DNA of 64,000 nucleotides from Candidatus Latescibacterota bacterium (GTDB lineage Bacteria > Latescibacterota > UBA2968 > UBA8231): NCBI GenBank assembly GCA_965248265.1, contig CBDFJF010000001.1, positions 192,001 through 256,000 on the forward strand, given 5' to 3'. The translations under genes were made by a program, and so were the position numbers. Positions 10,301-18,629 of this stretch are shown piece by piece. The number at the start of each line of letters is the position of its first letter. Position 1 is the first letter of the stretch. The notes under the pieces are model-generated. The model was not told where the DNA came from. It worked only from the letters and a program-made list of their open reading frames with translations, and made no database searches.

Positions 10301-11141
10301 TCGGCGGCTATCTGCGTCGCCGTTACCGCATCGTCTGCCAGATCAACGGTTGCAATCGTGCCGTCTGCCAGTTTGGCCGAAGTCACCGCGCCATCGGCCA
10401 GGTCAGCAGTACCAATGGCACCGTCGGTGATCTTGGCGGAGGTCACCGCATTGTCAGCCAATTCAGATCCGGCTGTAGTGATCGTAACCGTATTACCGGC
10501 AGTGGCCACCGTGACGTTATCACCACCTGCGATCGTGACCCCGTCGGTGACGTTGTTTACGCTCGTCACTACCGCTCCCGAAGCGATGTCGGCTGAGCCT
10601 TGCTGCCATCGGCGATCTTGGCTGCAGTCACGGCATCATCGGCCAGCGCTTCACCAGTGATCGCTGCATCGGCAATCTTGGCGCTGGTTACTGAGTCTTC
10701 CGCAAGCTGCTCCGTACCCACGGCGTTGGCAGCGATCTTATCCGCAGTCACCGCGCCGTCTTCGACATCCTTGGCATAGAGGCTGTAGGGAGCCGCTACC
10801 AGTGCAATGCGCGGCGACAACTCATCGCCTGCGCCAATCGAGATCCCCAGGAAATAGGCTCGGTCGAAGGGCACCTCATCCAGAGACGCACTCTCGCCCA
10901 GTACCACATCGAAAAGCCCCTTGCTCGTCGTTACCGTCCGCGTCGCCGTCCACACGGCAGCACCCCCTGCGGTCTGCTCGTACAGGCGGAAGGTGATCTC
11001 ATGGTCACCATCTGTGACGACATCGCCCGCGGCATCGCTCAGGTAGCCCATGTAGGAAATGGTCTTGGGCACGGCCTCCTGGGCGTGGGCGGTCGATAGG
11101 GAAATTGCAAGGCAAAGTGAGATGGCAAGCAGGGATTTCAT
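7354..11141 (-). pseudogene. Secreted tail-fibre-like protein with peptidase S74 intramolecular chaperone, split by a 1-bp frameshift near 10600 (ORFs 10569-11144 and 7354-10569)
   Basis: Signal peptide, VPKTISYMGYL N-domain, AVTxAKIADG decapeptide repeats, GNVGIGTTSP repeats, TSDRRMKESI S74 motif and coiled coil; restoring one base joins ...KIADGS to GSADIASGAVVTSVN. Confidence 0.85.
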
Positions 11142-11211
11142 CACAACATCTCCTCAGTGAGATTCTTATTCGAGCATCTGGTGCAGACACTACACCATAG
11201 TGGCGGGAGTG

Positions 11212-11240
11212 ATGGTACGGAGATCCGGAGGGGGAACCAA
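11212..11240 (-). promoter_or_regulatory. Putative sigma70 promoter of the right islet terminal module
   Basis: Minus strand TTGGTT-N17-TACCAT pointing into the cargo; RBS GAGGAG before ATG 11141. Confidence 0.65.
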
Positions 11241-11433
11241 GCGATGGCAGGATAGCCTGCATTCCATCATAACCGCTGCTACAGCATCGCCATCACGAGG
11301 GCTCTGAGGCTATCTGGCGGGCAGATGTGCAGATACTTGGATTAGGGCAGGTGTGCAGATGGGTGCGGATGCATATCAGGGTCCCCACTTTCACGGATTA
11401 CAGAAAAGGGGTGCCGGGCCTGGGGGGCGAGGT
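11212..11433. repeat. Islet terminal module, copy B
   Basis: Colinear identical blocks with 2133-2307, plus extra GTGCAGAT-like repeats. Confidence 0.9.
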
Positions 11434-11501
11434 AGGGTAGGGGGAGTCGGGTCAGTCCGAATCGACGTCTTCGTGCTCCCTCGGTGCAGAATTTCGGAGT
11501 G

Positions 11502-11554
11502 ATGTGGTACAAATGTGGTACGCCGAAGGACTTTAGAACCGTAACCTGTTGTTA
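11502..11554. promoter_or_regulatory. Putative integrase arm-type repeats and IHF-like site
   Basis: atgtggtac twice with 11-bp period (11502, 11513); minus strand TAACAACAGGTTA at 11542-11554 is one mismatch from WATCAANNNNTTR. Confidence 0.5.
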
Positions 11555-12300
11555 TTATTTAGGATATCCCAACTCACCGCACTCGGACACCAGAACTTCT
11601 CGATGTACCCAATAACAAGCTGAGTCCCCTCCTCATGTCCAACGTAAGGCGGGGTCGCCGGATTGTACATCGCATCGGTGAGATCCCGGATCAGGGTCAC
11701 ATCCAATCCCCACTTGACCATCTGCTTGATGCCGAAAGTCCGGTTGATCACACACATGTTCGTGTGCACTCCCATGATCAGTAGATGGTGCACGCCGCGT
11801 GACGCCAGAAAGCTGTAGATCTCACCACCGTCATCGGCGATGCCGTCACGCACTTCGTCGATGTCGATACCAGGATGCTGGCTTGACCAGGCTTTGAACG
11901 ACTGCACTTCACCGGTGTCGGAACCACCATTGGGCGCACCGAAGGGGAGATCCGGGTCCTCACGCTCGGTTTCCGCCGGCGGCTCCACCGGCTCACATTC
12001 TTGAATCCTGAGACGCGCCGCGTTGTCGGCGTAGAATTCGAGCGTATCGGAGGGTGCATGCACGATGGTAACACCGCGATCTCGGAGCGCATGCGAGACT
12101 TCGTTCATGCGCGGAACCATCTCATCCACGCGCTCGGTTGCCCCCTTGGTCCAGTGCTTGTCCCACACGTCGCACAACAAGAGGGCGGTTTGCTCACATG
12201 GCAGTCCGGCTTGCTGCTCCAGCACTTCCCAGTACGCACGATCGGCCGCATCGCGCTTCATCTGTTGCCAGCGCCGATTGATCTTGATGACTCCGGCCAT
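11533..12300 (-). CDS. Isochorismatase/nicotinamidase-like cysteine hydrolase
   Basis: TALLLCDVWDKHW, IVHAPSDT, MGVHTNMCV, LIRDLTDAMYNP. Confidence 0.85.
   Translation of the reverse strand: MAGVIKINRRWQQMKRDAADRAYWEVLEQQAGLPCEQTALLLCDVWDKHWTKGATERVDEMVPRMNEVSHALRDRGVTIVHAPSDTLEFYADNAARLRIQECEPVEPPAETEREDPDLPFGAPNGGSDTGEVQSFKAWSSQHPGIDIDEVRDGIADDGGEIYSFLASRGVHHLLIMGVHTNMCVINRTFGIKQMVKWGLDVTLIRDLTDAMYNPATPPYVGHEEGTQLVIGYIEKFWCPSAVSWDILNNNNRLRF
11572..11604. repeat. att-like core repeat, gene-proximal copy
   Basis: Identical to 2440-2472; lies inside the isochorismatase CDS. Confidence 0.95.
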
Positions 12301-12302
12301 GT

Positions 12303-12468
12303 TAGTGCCCTGTTACGGAAGTAGGTTTGTGAAATGAGGGCGCCGAGTCGCCCGACCTGCAAGGCGCGCGAGCGAGGCATATTGGTGGAATATGCCGAGA
12401 GAGCGCAACGCAGTAGGTCGGGATGAATCGGCGGCCGAATACAAGAGTACTTCCGTGACAGGGCACTA
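12303..12468. mobile_element. MITE-like element, 166 bp, 21-bp terminal inverted repeats
   Basis: tagtgccctgttacggaagta and tacttccgtgacagggcacta (1 mismatch), TTAG/CTAG flanks, internal palindrome ggcatatt...aatatgcc. Confidence 0.8.
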
Positions 12469-13638
12469 GAACGTGCCGGTCACATCCATGGTCTTGCTGG
12501 CAGAGGGATCCTTGCTCACCGTCGAGTTGGCGATGCGCTCCTGCAACTTCTCGTAGTAAAACTCTTCATCTACCGGAATCGTCACCCAGTCGTCCGTCCA
12601 TGCCGACAGCAGCATGGCGTTCGAAAGCTCCACGCCGTTGATGCCTTCCTCGCCTGGCGCCAACAGCGGCGTGCCGTTGCGGATGGCATCTACCCAGTTG
12701 GTGAGAACGACGACGTGTTCCTGCTTGCCTCGGCTCGAAACCGGGATCTCGCACTCCCAGATCTCCGGCTGGCCGAAGCCGTTCGGATGCTCCTTGCAGA
12801 ATTGGCTGATCCCCTCGCGGGTGCGCCAGAACGTGATGCGGCCGTTCTCCACCACCACCTTGCCCCGGTCCGCCGAAATCTCCAGCCGGTTCGTCCCCGG
12901 CGCTTCCCCCGTCGAGGTCATGAAGATTCCCGTGCCGCCGTTTTCATACTCGACGTAGGCGGTCGTATCATCATCCACTTCGATGTCGTGGTACTTGCCG
13001 AATCCGACAAAAGCCCGCACCCTCACCGGCATGCCGCAGACCCACTGCCACATGTCCAAATTGTGCGGGCATTGATTGGCCAGCGCCCCGCCGCCTTCCC
13101 CGGCCCAGGTTGCCCGCCAACCGCCCGAATCGAAATAGCTCTGCGCCCGGAACCAGTCCGTGACGGTGTAGATGGTACGCTTGATCTCCCCCAGTTCCCC
13201 GGATGCGACCAATTCCCGCAGCTTTTGACTAATCGGTCGCGCGCGCTGGTTGAACATGATGCCGAAGACCCGGTCGCTTCGGGCGGCCGCTTCGTTCATC
13301 TCACGCACCTGTTTGGTGTAAACCCCGGCCGGCTTTTCCGACATCACGTGCAGGCCACGCTCCAACCCCTGGATCGCATAGGGCGGATGGAAGTAGTGCG
13401 GTGTCGCAATGATGATGGCGTCAATCCCACCTGCCTCCATCAACGCCTCGGCGCTGTCAAACGTGTTGATGCCCGGATGGCCATCTCTCACTGCCTGCAG
13501 CTTGCTCTCATCCGTATCGGCCACGGACACCAACTCGACGCCGGCCACGGCACCGCCGGCCAGGTGACGGATGTGCGCCGTGCCCATGCCGCCTGCTCCG
13601 ATGACGCCAACTCGTACTGAATCCGTTCGGTCTCCCAT
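12466..13638 (-). CDS. Gfo/Idh/MocA family oxidoreductase
   Basis: VGVIGAGGMG, IATPHYFH, EKPAG, GGGALANQCPH. Confidence 0.92.
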   Translation of the reverse strand: MGDRTDSVRVGVIGAGGMGTAHIRHLAGGAVAGVELVSVADTDESKLQAVRDGHPGINTFDSAEALMEAGGIDAIIIATPHYFHPPYAIQGLERGLHVMSEKPAGVYTKQVREMNEAAARSDRVFGIMFNQRARPISQKLRELVASGELGEIKRTIYTVTDWFRAQSYFDSGGWRATWAGEGGGALANQCPHNLDMWQWVCGMPVRVRAFVGFGKYHDIEVDDDTTAYVEYENGGTGIFMTSTGEAPGTNRLEISADRGKVVVENGRITFWRTREGISQFCKEHPNGFGQPEIWECEIPVSSRGKQEHVVVLTNWVDAIRNGTPLLAPGEEGINGVELSNAMLLSAWTDDWVTIPVDEEFYYEKLQERIANSTVSKDPSASKTMDVTGTF

Positions 13639-13651
13639 AAGGTCTCCTACG

Positions 13652-14536
13652 TCAAATCTGATTCTGACCCGATGGCGGGACGACAGGCTCGCCACCGCGA
13701 CACACGACGGGGAAATGAGCTCCAGCTCCCGACATCAGATCACCATTCGCCACCTCGACGAACTCTTTCATCAAATGGTCGCCGCTGGCATCGTAGTGCG
13801 TTTCGCCGGTCATGTAGTGAATGGCGATGGCCCGGCGATCCCTGTTGGATTGATTCGCCGGCGACCCATGCCAGTTGAGCGAGTGATGGAAAGACAACTC
13901 CCCCCGCTTCATCGGCCACGGCCGAGGAACCGCCTCTGCAACCTGCGCACCCTCTGGTGGAACAAAGGGCGCGGTGACGTTCTGGAAGTTCTCGAACTCC
14001 TTGCCCGTCAGATGCTCCCGGATGAAGGCGATCTGATCGCCCCACTGATAGCTGCCCGGAACCATCCACATGCAGCCGTTCTCTTCATCGACATCATCCA
14101 GGGGAATCCAGGCTGAAACGGAAGTCATCGGCTTGATGATCGGCCACAGCGGTGCGTCCTGATGCCAGCTGAGTGCGCCGCCGGTGCCGGCTGGCTTGTA
14201 CTGCAGCTGATCGTGCCAGACCACTAAATCCGACTGACGCGTAAGTTGGCATAATGCCCCCGTTATGGCGGGATGGTACAACAACCGCTCGAAGGCCTCC
14301 GATGCTTCCCAGATATTGACAATCTGCCACACCGGATGCTCGCTCACACCCCTGCCCCCGGCCAGATCCCGAAAGGCTACCGGCTTTGACTCGCCCTCGG
14401 CAAAGCCGTCCGGACCGGTTTCCAGAACACGGTCCAGCTCACTACGCAGCTCCTCGACCTCGTCCTGCTCCAGCAGTGTCCCGGCGTTCAGAAAGCCGTC
14501 GGCATCGAATCGCGCAATTTGCTCTTCGTTCAACAT
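13652..14536 (-). CDS. Phytanoyl-CoA dioxygenase (PhyH) family Fe(II)/2OG oxygenase
   Basis: WHQD, ENGCMWMVPGS, HGSPANQSNRDRRA. Confidence 0.9.
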   Translation of the reverse strand: MLNEEQIARFDADGFLNAGTLLEQDEVEELRSELDRVLETGPDGFAEGESKPVAFRDLAGGRGVSEHPVWQIVNIWEASEAFERLLYHPAITGALCQLTRQSDLVVWHDQLQYKPAGTGGALSWHQDAPLWPIIKPMTSVSAWIPLDDVDEENGCMWMVPGSYQWGDQIAFIREHLTGKEFENFQNVTAPFVPPEGAQVAEAVPRPWPMKRGELSFHHSLNWHGSPANQSNRDRRAIAIHYMTGETHYDASGDHLMKEFVEVANGDLMSGAGAHFPVVCRGGEPVVPPSGQNQI

Positions 14537-14586
14537 ATATTGGACCCCAACCTCTGTATGATGGACCCCAGACCGTTTCTCGGTTC

Positions 14587-17169
14587 TTAGCGGGATCGAG
14601 CGTCGAGTTCTGCCATCCCCTCGCGGAACAGCGCTATCAACCGCGCTCGCACAGCCTCATCCTTGAACACACCGATTTGTTCAGCCCAGGTCACACCACC
14701 CTCCATCTGCGTCAGCAGGTACTCGCCGGCGGCAGGTTCGAAGGTTTCACGCCCACCCACGTCGATGTACACGGGCGATGAGTGCGCCATCACCGGCCCG
14801 GCCCCTGTCCCATGCGGCCCCCAACAGCGCGCCGTGACCCAGCAAGGCGTCTCCGTCTTGAGCTTGTGGTCGAGAACGATTTTTCGCGGGAAATCCGGAT
14901 CAGCCTCCTCGCGCACATCCGGAACGCCGTTGACGACCAGCTCGACCGCACTCAACGGCCATACGCTTTCAGCCGTGGCCTGCACCTCAACCGTGCCGCC
15001 GTTGCCCGGCAGGTGAATCTCCTCACCCATACTGGCACCTTCCACCTGCAGGTCAATCATCGCGCCCGTGCTGGCGAAGGTGTTGCCCCGGCGTACTCCG
15101 CGGCACCAGTTGTCGAAGGTGAATTCCTCATTGCCGTCGAGCTTGGCGTAGGTGCGCGAACAACCCAGGACCCGGTCATTGGACATCTTGTCGGTCCCGC
15201 CGACGATCGGCAGCTTCTGGCCGACATTGAGCCAACGGTAGTAGCCGCGCTCGCCGGCTCCGATGGTTTCTCCCTGCCAGATCCAGCACATCTCGGCCGC
15301 ATCAGCCTGGCCAAGAACAATGTTGGCGGCGTTCTCAAAGTCAGGACTCGGCATGTGGGGCATGATGACGAGTCCCCCCTGGCGCCGGCACTCCTCGGAC
15401 CAATCCGCCATCAAAACTTGAACTTCACCTCCTACCCAATCTTCCTCGGGGCCTCCCGTGCACATCGGTGCGACCATCTCCTTGAGGCCCAGCAGCGAGA
15501 TATGTCCGAGCACGTGCTGGCGGTTTTCCTGGCTGACCCAGATCAGGTGGTCTTCACTCGATGTCGGTGACAGCCCACCCGTGAACTCTTCCCAGCTGGT
15601 GAATAACCTCCCCCACTGGCTCGCCAGCAGGTTGACGACGTTCAGATCTTCGGCCGCCGCTTCAAGATGACTGGATTGGGACGACAGGAAATGCACGTGG
15701 GTGTCGCCGGAATAATAGCCGCGGCTCTTCATGTCGAAGGCCCGCTGCATGCGCAGGGTCAGATTCCGCTGCCCGGGCTTGATCTCCAGCTTCTGCCGTA
15801 GCGGTTCGTACTCGAAGCCTCTGACGACCTCGACGTACGCCTTACCCACCGGCAGTTCGATCTGACAGGTGCCGTCTATGTAGGCGTAGGGTGTGCCCTT
15901 TATGGTGCAGTCGCCGCCCAGATCCTCGAACCATGCCGTGTTGACGTCGGCCTGATGACCGTGCGGCGCCAGATAGGCCCCCGACTCGGAACGGAAGTGC
16001 ACCCGTGATCCCACCGGCTTTCCGGTGTCGGCATCCTCGACCCTCACATGCACCCACTGCTTGCCGCGAACGCCAATGACCTCGATCCGGACCTTGCCCT
16101 GTCGTTCGCTGCCGCTTTCCAGCACGTCTCCCCAGCGAAACTCGGCATCGGCTTCGCCATCGGCCTCGCCCTCAGGTCCTTCATTGATGGACACGCGGCC
16201 TTCCGGCGAAGCGTGCACCTCGGCGTAGCCTCCCTCACGCACCTCCTGCCCCCCGGTCCCGAACCCTTTAACTTCCGTAGTCACGAAATCTTTCCCGGGG
16301 ACAAACAATCGATCCTGACGCACCAGCACTCCGCGATCCACCTTGACCTGTGGGGCCTGAGTACCGTCAGCATCGTCGATGGTGATGGCGATCTCCTTGC
16401 GCGCCGGCCAGTCGAAGGGGTCCTTTTCTTCCTGGCAGATCGTGATCGCACCCAATGCCATCGCCACCATGCCGGTAGCCAGTACCTCAATCTTATCTAT
16501 GATCTTGTCCGTCGGGTTGACCCAGTCTAGGAGCCACCAGCCTTGCAGGCTGCCGCCGTTGAGGGTCGTCGTCCCCACCTGGGTTCGCCCCCAGGGTCCG
16601 GTCATATCGCCGATCGGCACGGAACGGAACTCCCGGCATATGCGGCAGGCGAACGGGTGGTGTCCCCAGCGGATGGAAAAATCATGAATCTCGAAGCGGC
16701 GCCTGAGATTCTGTTCAACACTGGAGCCGTCTTCGAAGTGAATCCGGTACATGCCGACCTGCTGGCCAAACGCGTCAGGGTCATCTGTCGCCGGAGCACA
16801 GGCGTGCGCGAACAACAACCTGCGAGCTCGGTGGCCGACAGAAATCGTAACCGACTCGGGCACACCCTCTATTTCCGCTTCCGCGCCACAAACAGTGACA
16901 TATTTCAGCGAGGCATCATCCGCTGCCCCCTTGAACGGCACCCCCCAAAACAGATTTTCCCCCGACGGCATGCGCTTGAGCTGGGTGTTGTCGGGATCCT
17001 TTCCATCGAAGGGCCACATCCAGCCGTCGCCCGAGCGCACATTGGCGTCGCCGGCATTGCAGGAGTCAGTCAGGTCGAGTGGTTGGAATGGGTCAGCCAA
17101 GTTGTTAACTCCCGTGTGACTCTGATGTTGTGGCGCGACCCGCGTCACAGGTTTCCTCTTCTGGTACAC
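14587..17169 (-). CDS. CehA/McbA-like PHP-fold metallohydrolase with N-terminal beta-domain
   Basis: SGDTHVHF, ENRQHVLGHISL, MPHMP, GGTDKMS, AHSSPVY; start uncertain. Confidence 0.75.
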   Translation of the reverse strand: MYQKRKPVTRVAPQHQSHTGVNNLADPFQPLDLTDSCNAGDANVRSGDGWMWPFDGKDPDNTQLKRMPSGENLFWGVPFKGAADDASLKYVTVCGAEAEIEGVPESVTISVGHRARRLLFAHACAPATDDPDAFGQQVGMYRIHFEDGSSVEQNLRRRFEIHDFSIRWGHHPFACRICREFRSVPIGDMTGPWGRTQVGTTTLNGGSLQGWWLLDWVNPTDKIIDKIEVLATGMVAMALGAITICQEEKDPFDWPARKEIAITIDDADGTQAPQVKVDRGVLVRQDRLFVPGKDFVTTEVKGFGTGGQEVREGGYAEVHASPEGRVSINEGPEGEADGEADAEFRWGDVLESGSERQGKVRIEVIGVRGKQWVHVRVEDADTGKPVGSRVHFRSESGAYLAPHGHQADVNTAWFEDLGGDCTIKGTPYAYIDGTCQIELPVGKAYVEVVRGFEYEPLRQKLEIKPGQRNLTLRMQRAFDMKSRGYYSGDTHVHFLSSQSSHLEAAAEDLNVVNLLASQWGRLFTSWEEFTGGLSPTSSEDHLIWVSQENRQHVLGHISLLGLKEMVAPMCTGGPEEDWVGGEVQVLMADWSEECRRQGGLVIMPHMPSPDFENAANIVLGQADAAEMCWIWQGETIGAGERGYYRWLNVGQKLPIVGGTDKMSNDRVLGCSRTYAKLDGNEEFTFDNWCRGVRRGNTFASTGAMIDLQVEGASMGEEIHLPGNGGTVEVQATAESVWPLSAVELVVNGVPDVREEADPDFPRKIVLDHKLKTETPCWVTARCWGPHGTGAGPVMAHSSPVYIDVGGRETFEPAAGEYLLTQMEGGVTWAEQIGVFKDEAVRARLIALFREGMAELDARSR

Positions 17170-17246
17170 AAAGTAACCAAGACCCCTCGCGCACCAAAGA
17201 CCGCTCAGTTTGCCGGTTGTGAGGACCGGGAATACATTCGATAACT

Positions 17247-18617
17247 ATGTCAAACAGCATGCCGAACAGCCCTCTGACTCGCGGTGATTTACCGCCGGAG
17301 TACGGTCTTCTGGTCCTGCAGGCCGAGCGACCCGAGCAGCAGATCTACGTCCGTTATCTGATGTTGATTCTCAACTACCGCTTCGGACTGGACCTGATCA
17401 CGGTCAAGAGTCATGTGGAGGCGTTTTCGGCGGCGCGCAAGTACGGCCGCAAGATCCGCTGCACCGTCATCGTCCAGGACACCAAGATCGACACCAAATC
17501 GACGATCGCGGCCCTGAGCCTCGAAGACGCCATCCCGTTGATTGCCGTACTGCCTGCCGGCTTGATCGAATCACACCAGGATCTCGTCCAACGCATGACC
17601 AACGTCCATTTTTGTGCCTGGGAAACGGCGTTGGGAAAATCGGACGCCGCCCTTCTGCCGCTGATCTTGAAGACCTTCGCCGCCAACGGCATCGGTGAGC
17701 TCTTTGGTGAAGACGCACAGCAATTGCCGTTCGAGGAAATGCAGGCTCGCGTCGAACGCCGTCTGCGCAACCTGAAAACACTGCCGACCCTGCCCGAAAT
17801 CGCCGTCCGCATCATGACCATGATCCAGGATCCCAGACCCACAGTCGAGGATCTTGAAGAGGTACTGACCAGTGACGCTGCCATCGTCCACAAGCTGCTT
17901 CAGGTCGTCAACTCCCCCGTCTTCGCCGGCAGCGGGCACAAGGGAAGTTGGTCACTGGGGGAAGCTATCGTCCGGCTCGGACGCAACAAGGTCGGTGCCA
18001 TCGCGCAGCAGATCAAAATGATGAACTCACTGGTCAAGCCGGAGCAGAGCCTTTTCGACCTGCGCCGTTTCTGGGAGCACTCGGTCGGCTGCGCCCTGGT
18101 GGCCGACCGGCTTTACCGAGACAAGCTCCTGAACCTCAAGGAGGAGATCGAGTTCAACGACTACTGGATCGGCGGCCTGATGCACGATTCCGGCAAGGTC
18201 GTACTGGGCTTCTTTTTTTGGGAGCACTTCGAGGAGATTCTCACCCACATGGGCAAGGAAGAAACCTCCTTTCGCCAGGCCGAGAAAGATTTGTGTGAGG
18301 TTGCTAATCATGAATTCCTGGGTCAGCTGCTATTGCTCAAATCGAACGTTGGCGAGCAGCTGGTGCGCGCCGTCGGCGAGCATCACTCAGGCAGCAAGGA
18401 TCCCAGTGACCTCGTCTGTCTCCTGCACGTAGCCAACAACCTGTGCAAGGACCTGGATAAGGGATACCTGCAGGAAGAGAGCAGCCTCTATCGGGTGGAG
18501 GTGCTGCAGAAACTCGGCATCACCCGGGAGGACATGGAGCGGATCCGTGAAGAACTCGGAGAGCGGATGGTGAAGGAGATCGACGATCTCGTCGATCGCT
18601 GCGTGCAGCCGGTTTGA
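17247..18617 (+). CDS. HDOD domain signalling protein
   Basis: LPTLPEIA, LLQVVNS, FWEHSVG, GLMHDSGK, NHEFLG. Confidence 0.88.
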   Translation: MSNSMPNSPLTRGDLPPEYGLLVLQAERPEQQIYVRYLMLILNYRFGLDLITVKSHVEAFSAARKYGRKIRCTVIVQDTKIDTKSTIAALSLEDAIPLIAVLPAGLIESHQDLVQRMTNVHFCAWETALGKSDAALLPLILKTFAANGIGELFGEDAQQLPFEEMQARVERRLRNLKTLPTLPEIAVRIMTMIQDPRPTVEDLEEVLTSDAAIVHKLLQVVNSPVFAGSGHKGSWSLGEAIVRLGRNKVGAIAQQIKMMNSLVKPEQSLFDLRRFWEHSVGCALVADRLYRDKLLNLKEEIEFNDYWIGGLMHDSGKVVLGFFFWEHFEEILTHMGKEETSFRQAEKDLCEVANHEFLGQLLLLKSNVGEQLVRAVGEHHSGSKDPSDLVCLLHVANNLCKDLDKGYLQEESSLYRVEVLQKLGITREDMERIREELGERMVKEIDDLVDRCVQPV

Positions 18618-18629
18618 GGCGCTACCGGT

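Larger units (their letters stand above)
2440..11604. mobile_element. ~9.1-kb integrative islet without integrase, inserted in the 3' end of the isochorismatase gene
   Basis: Bounded by 33-bp direct repeats; all cargo on one strand; arm-type repeats and IHF-like site near the ends; no recombinase ORF recognisable. Confidence 0.8.

Noticed and set aside
8695-10596. Long plus-strand ORFs (633 aa here; similar at 5400-6365, 30758-31942, 51970-52992, 62548-63507)
   Set aside because: Antisense or alternate-frame shadows of well-supported genes in GC-rich DNA; no recognisable motifs.
10590-10610. Programmed ribosomal frameshift or phase-variable tract in the fibre gene
   Set aside because: No slippery heptamer or homopolymer at the break; a simple 1-bp deletion explains it.
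9380-10760. Highly repetitive DNA as a possible CRISPR array or VNTR
   Set aside because: Repeats are degenerate, codon-phased decapeptide repeats of the fibre protein; no identical repeats with unique spacers and no cas genes.
2473-11571. Prophage or hidden integrase within the islet
   Set aside because: No ORF with tyrosine or serine recombinase motifs, and no capsid, terminase or lysis genes, in any listed frame.
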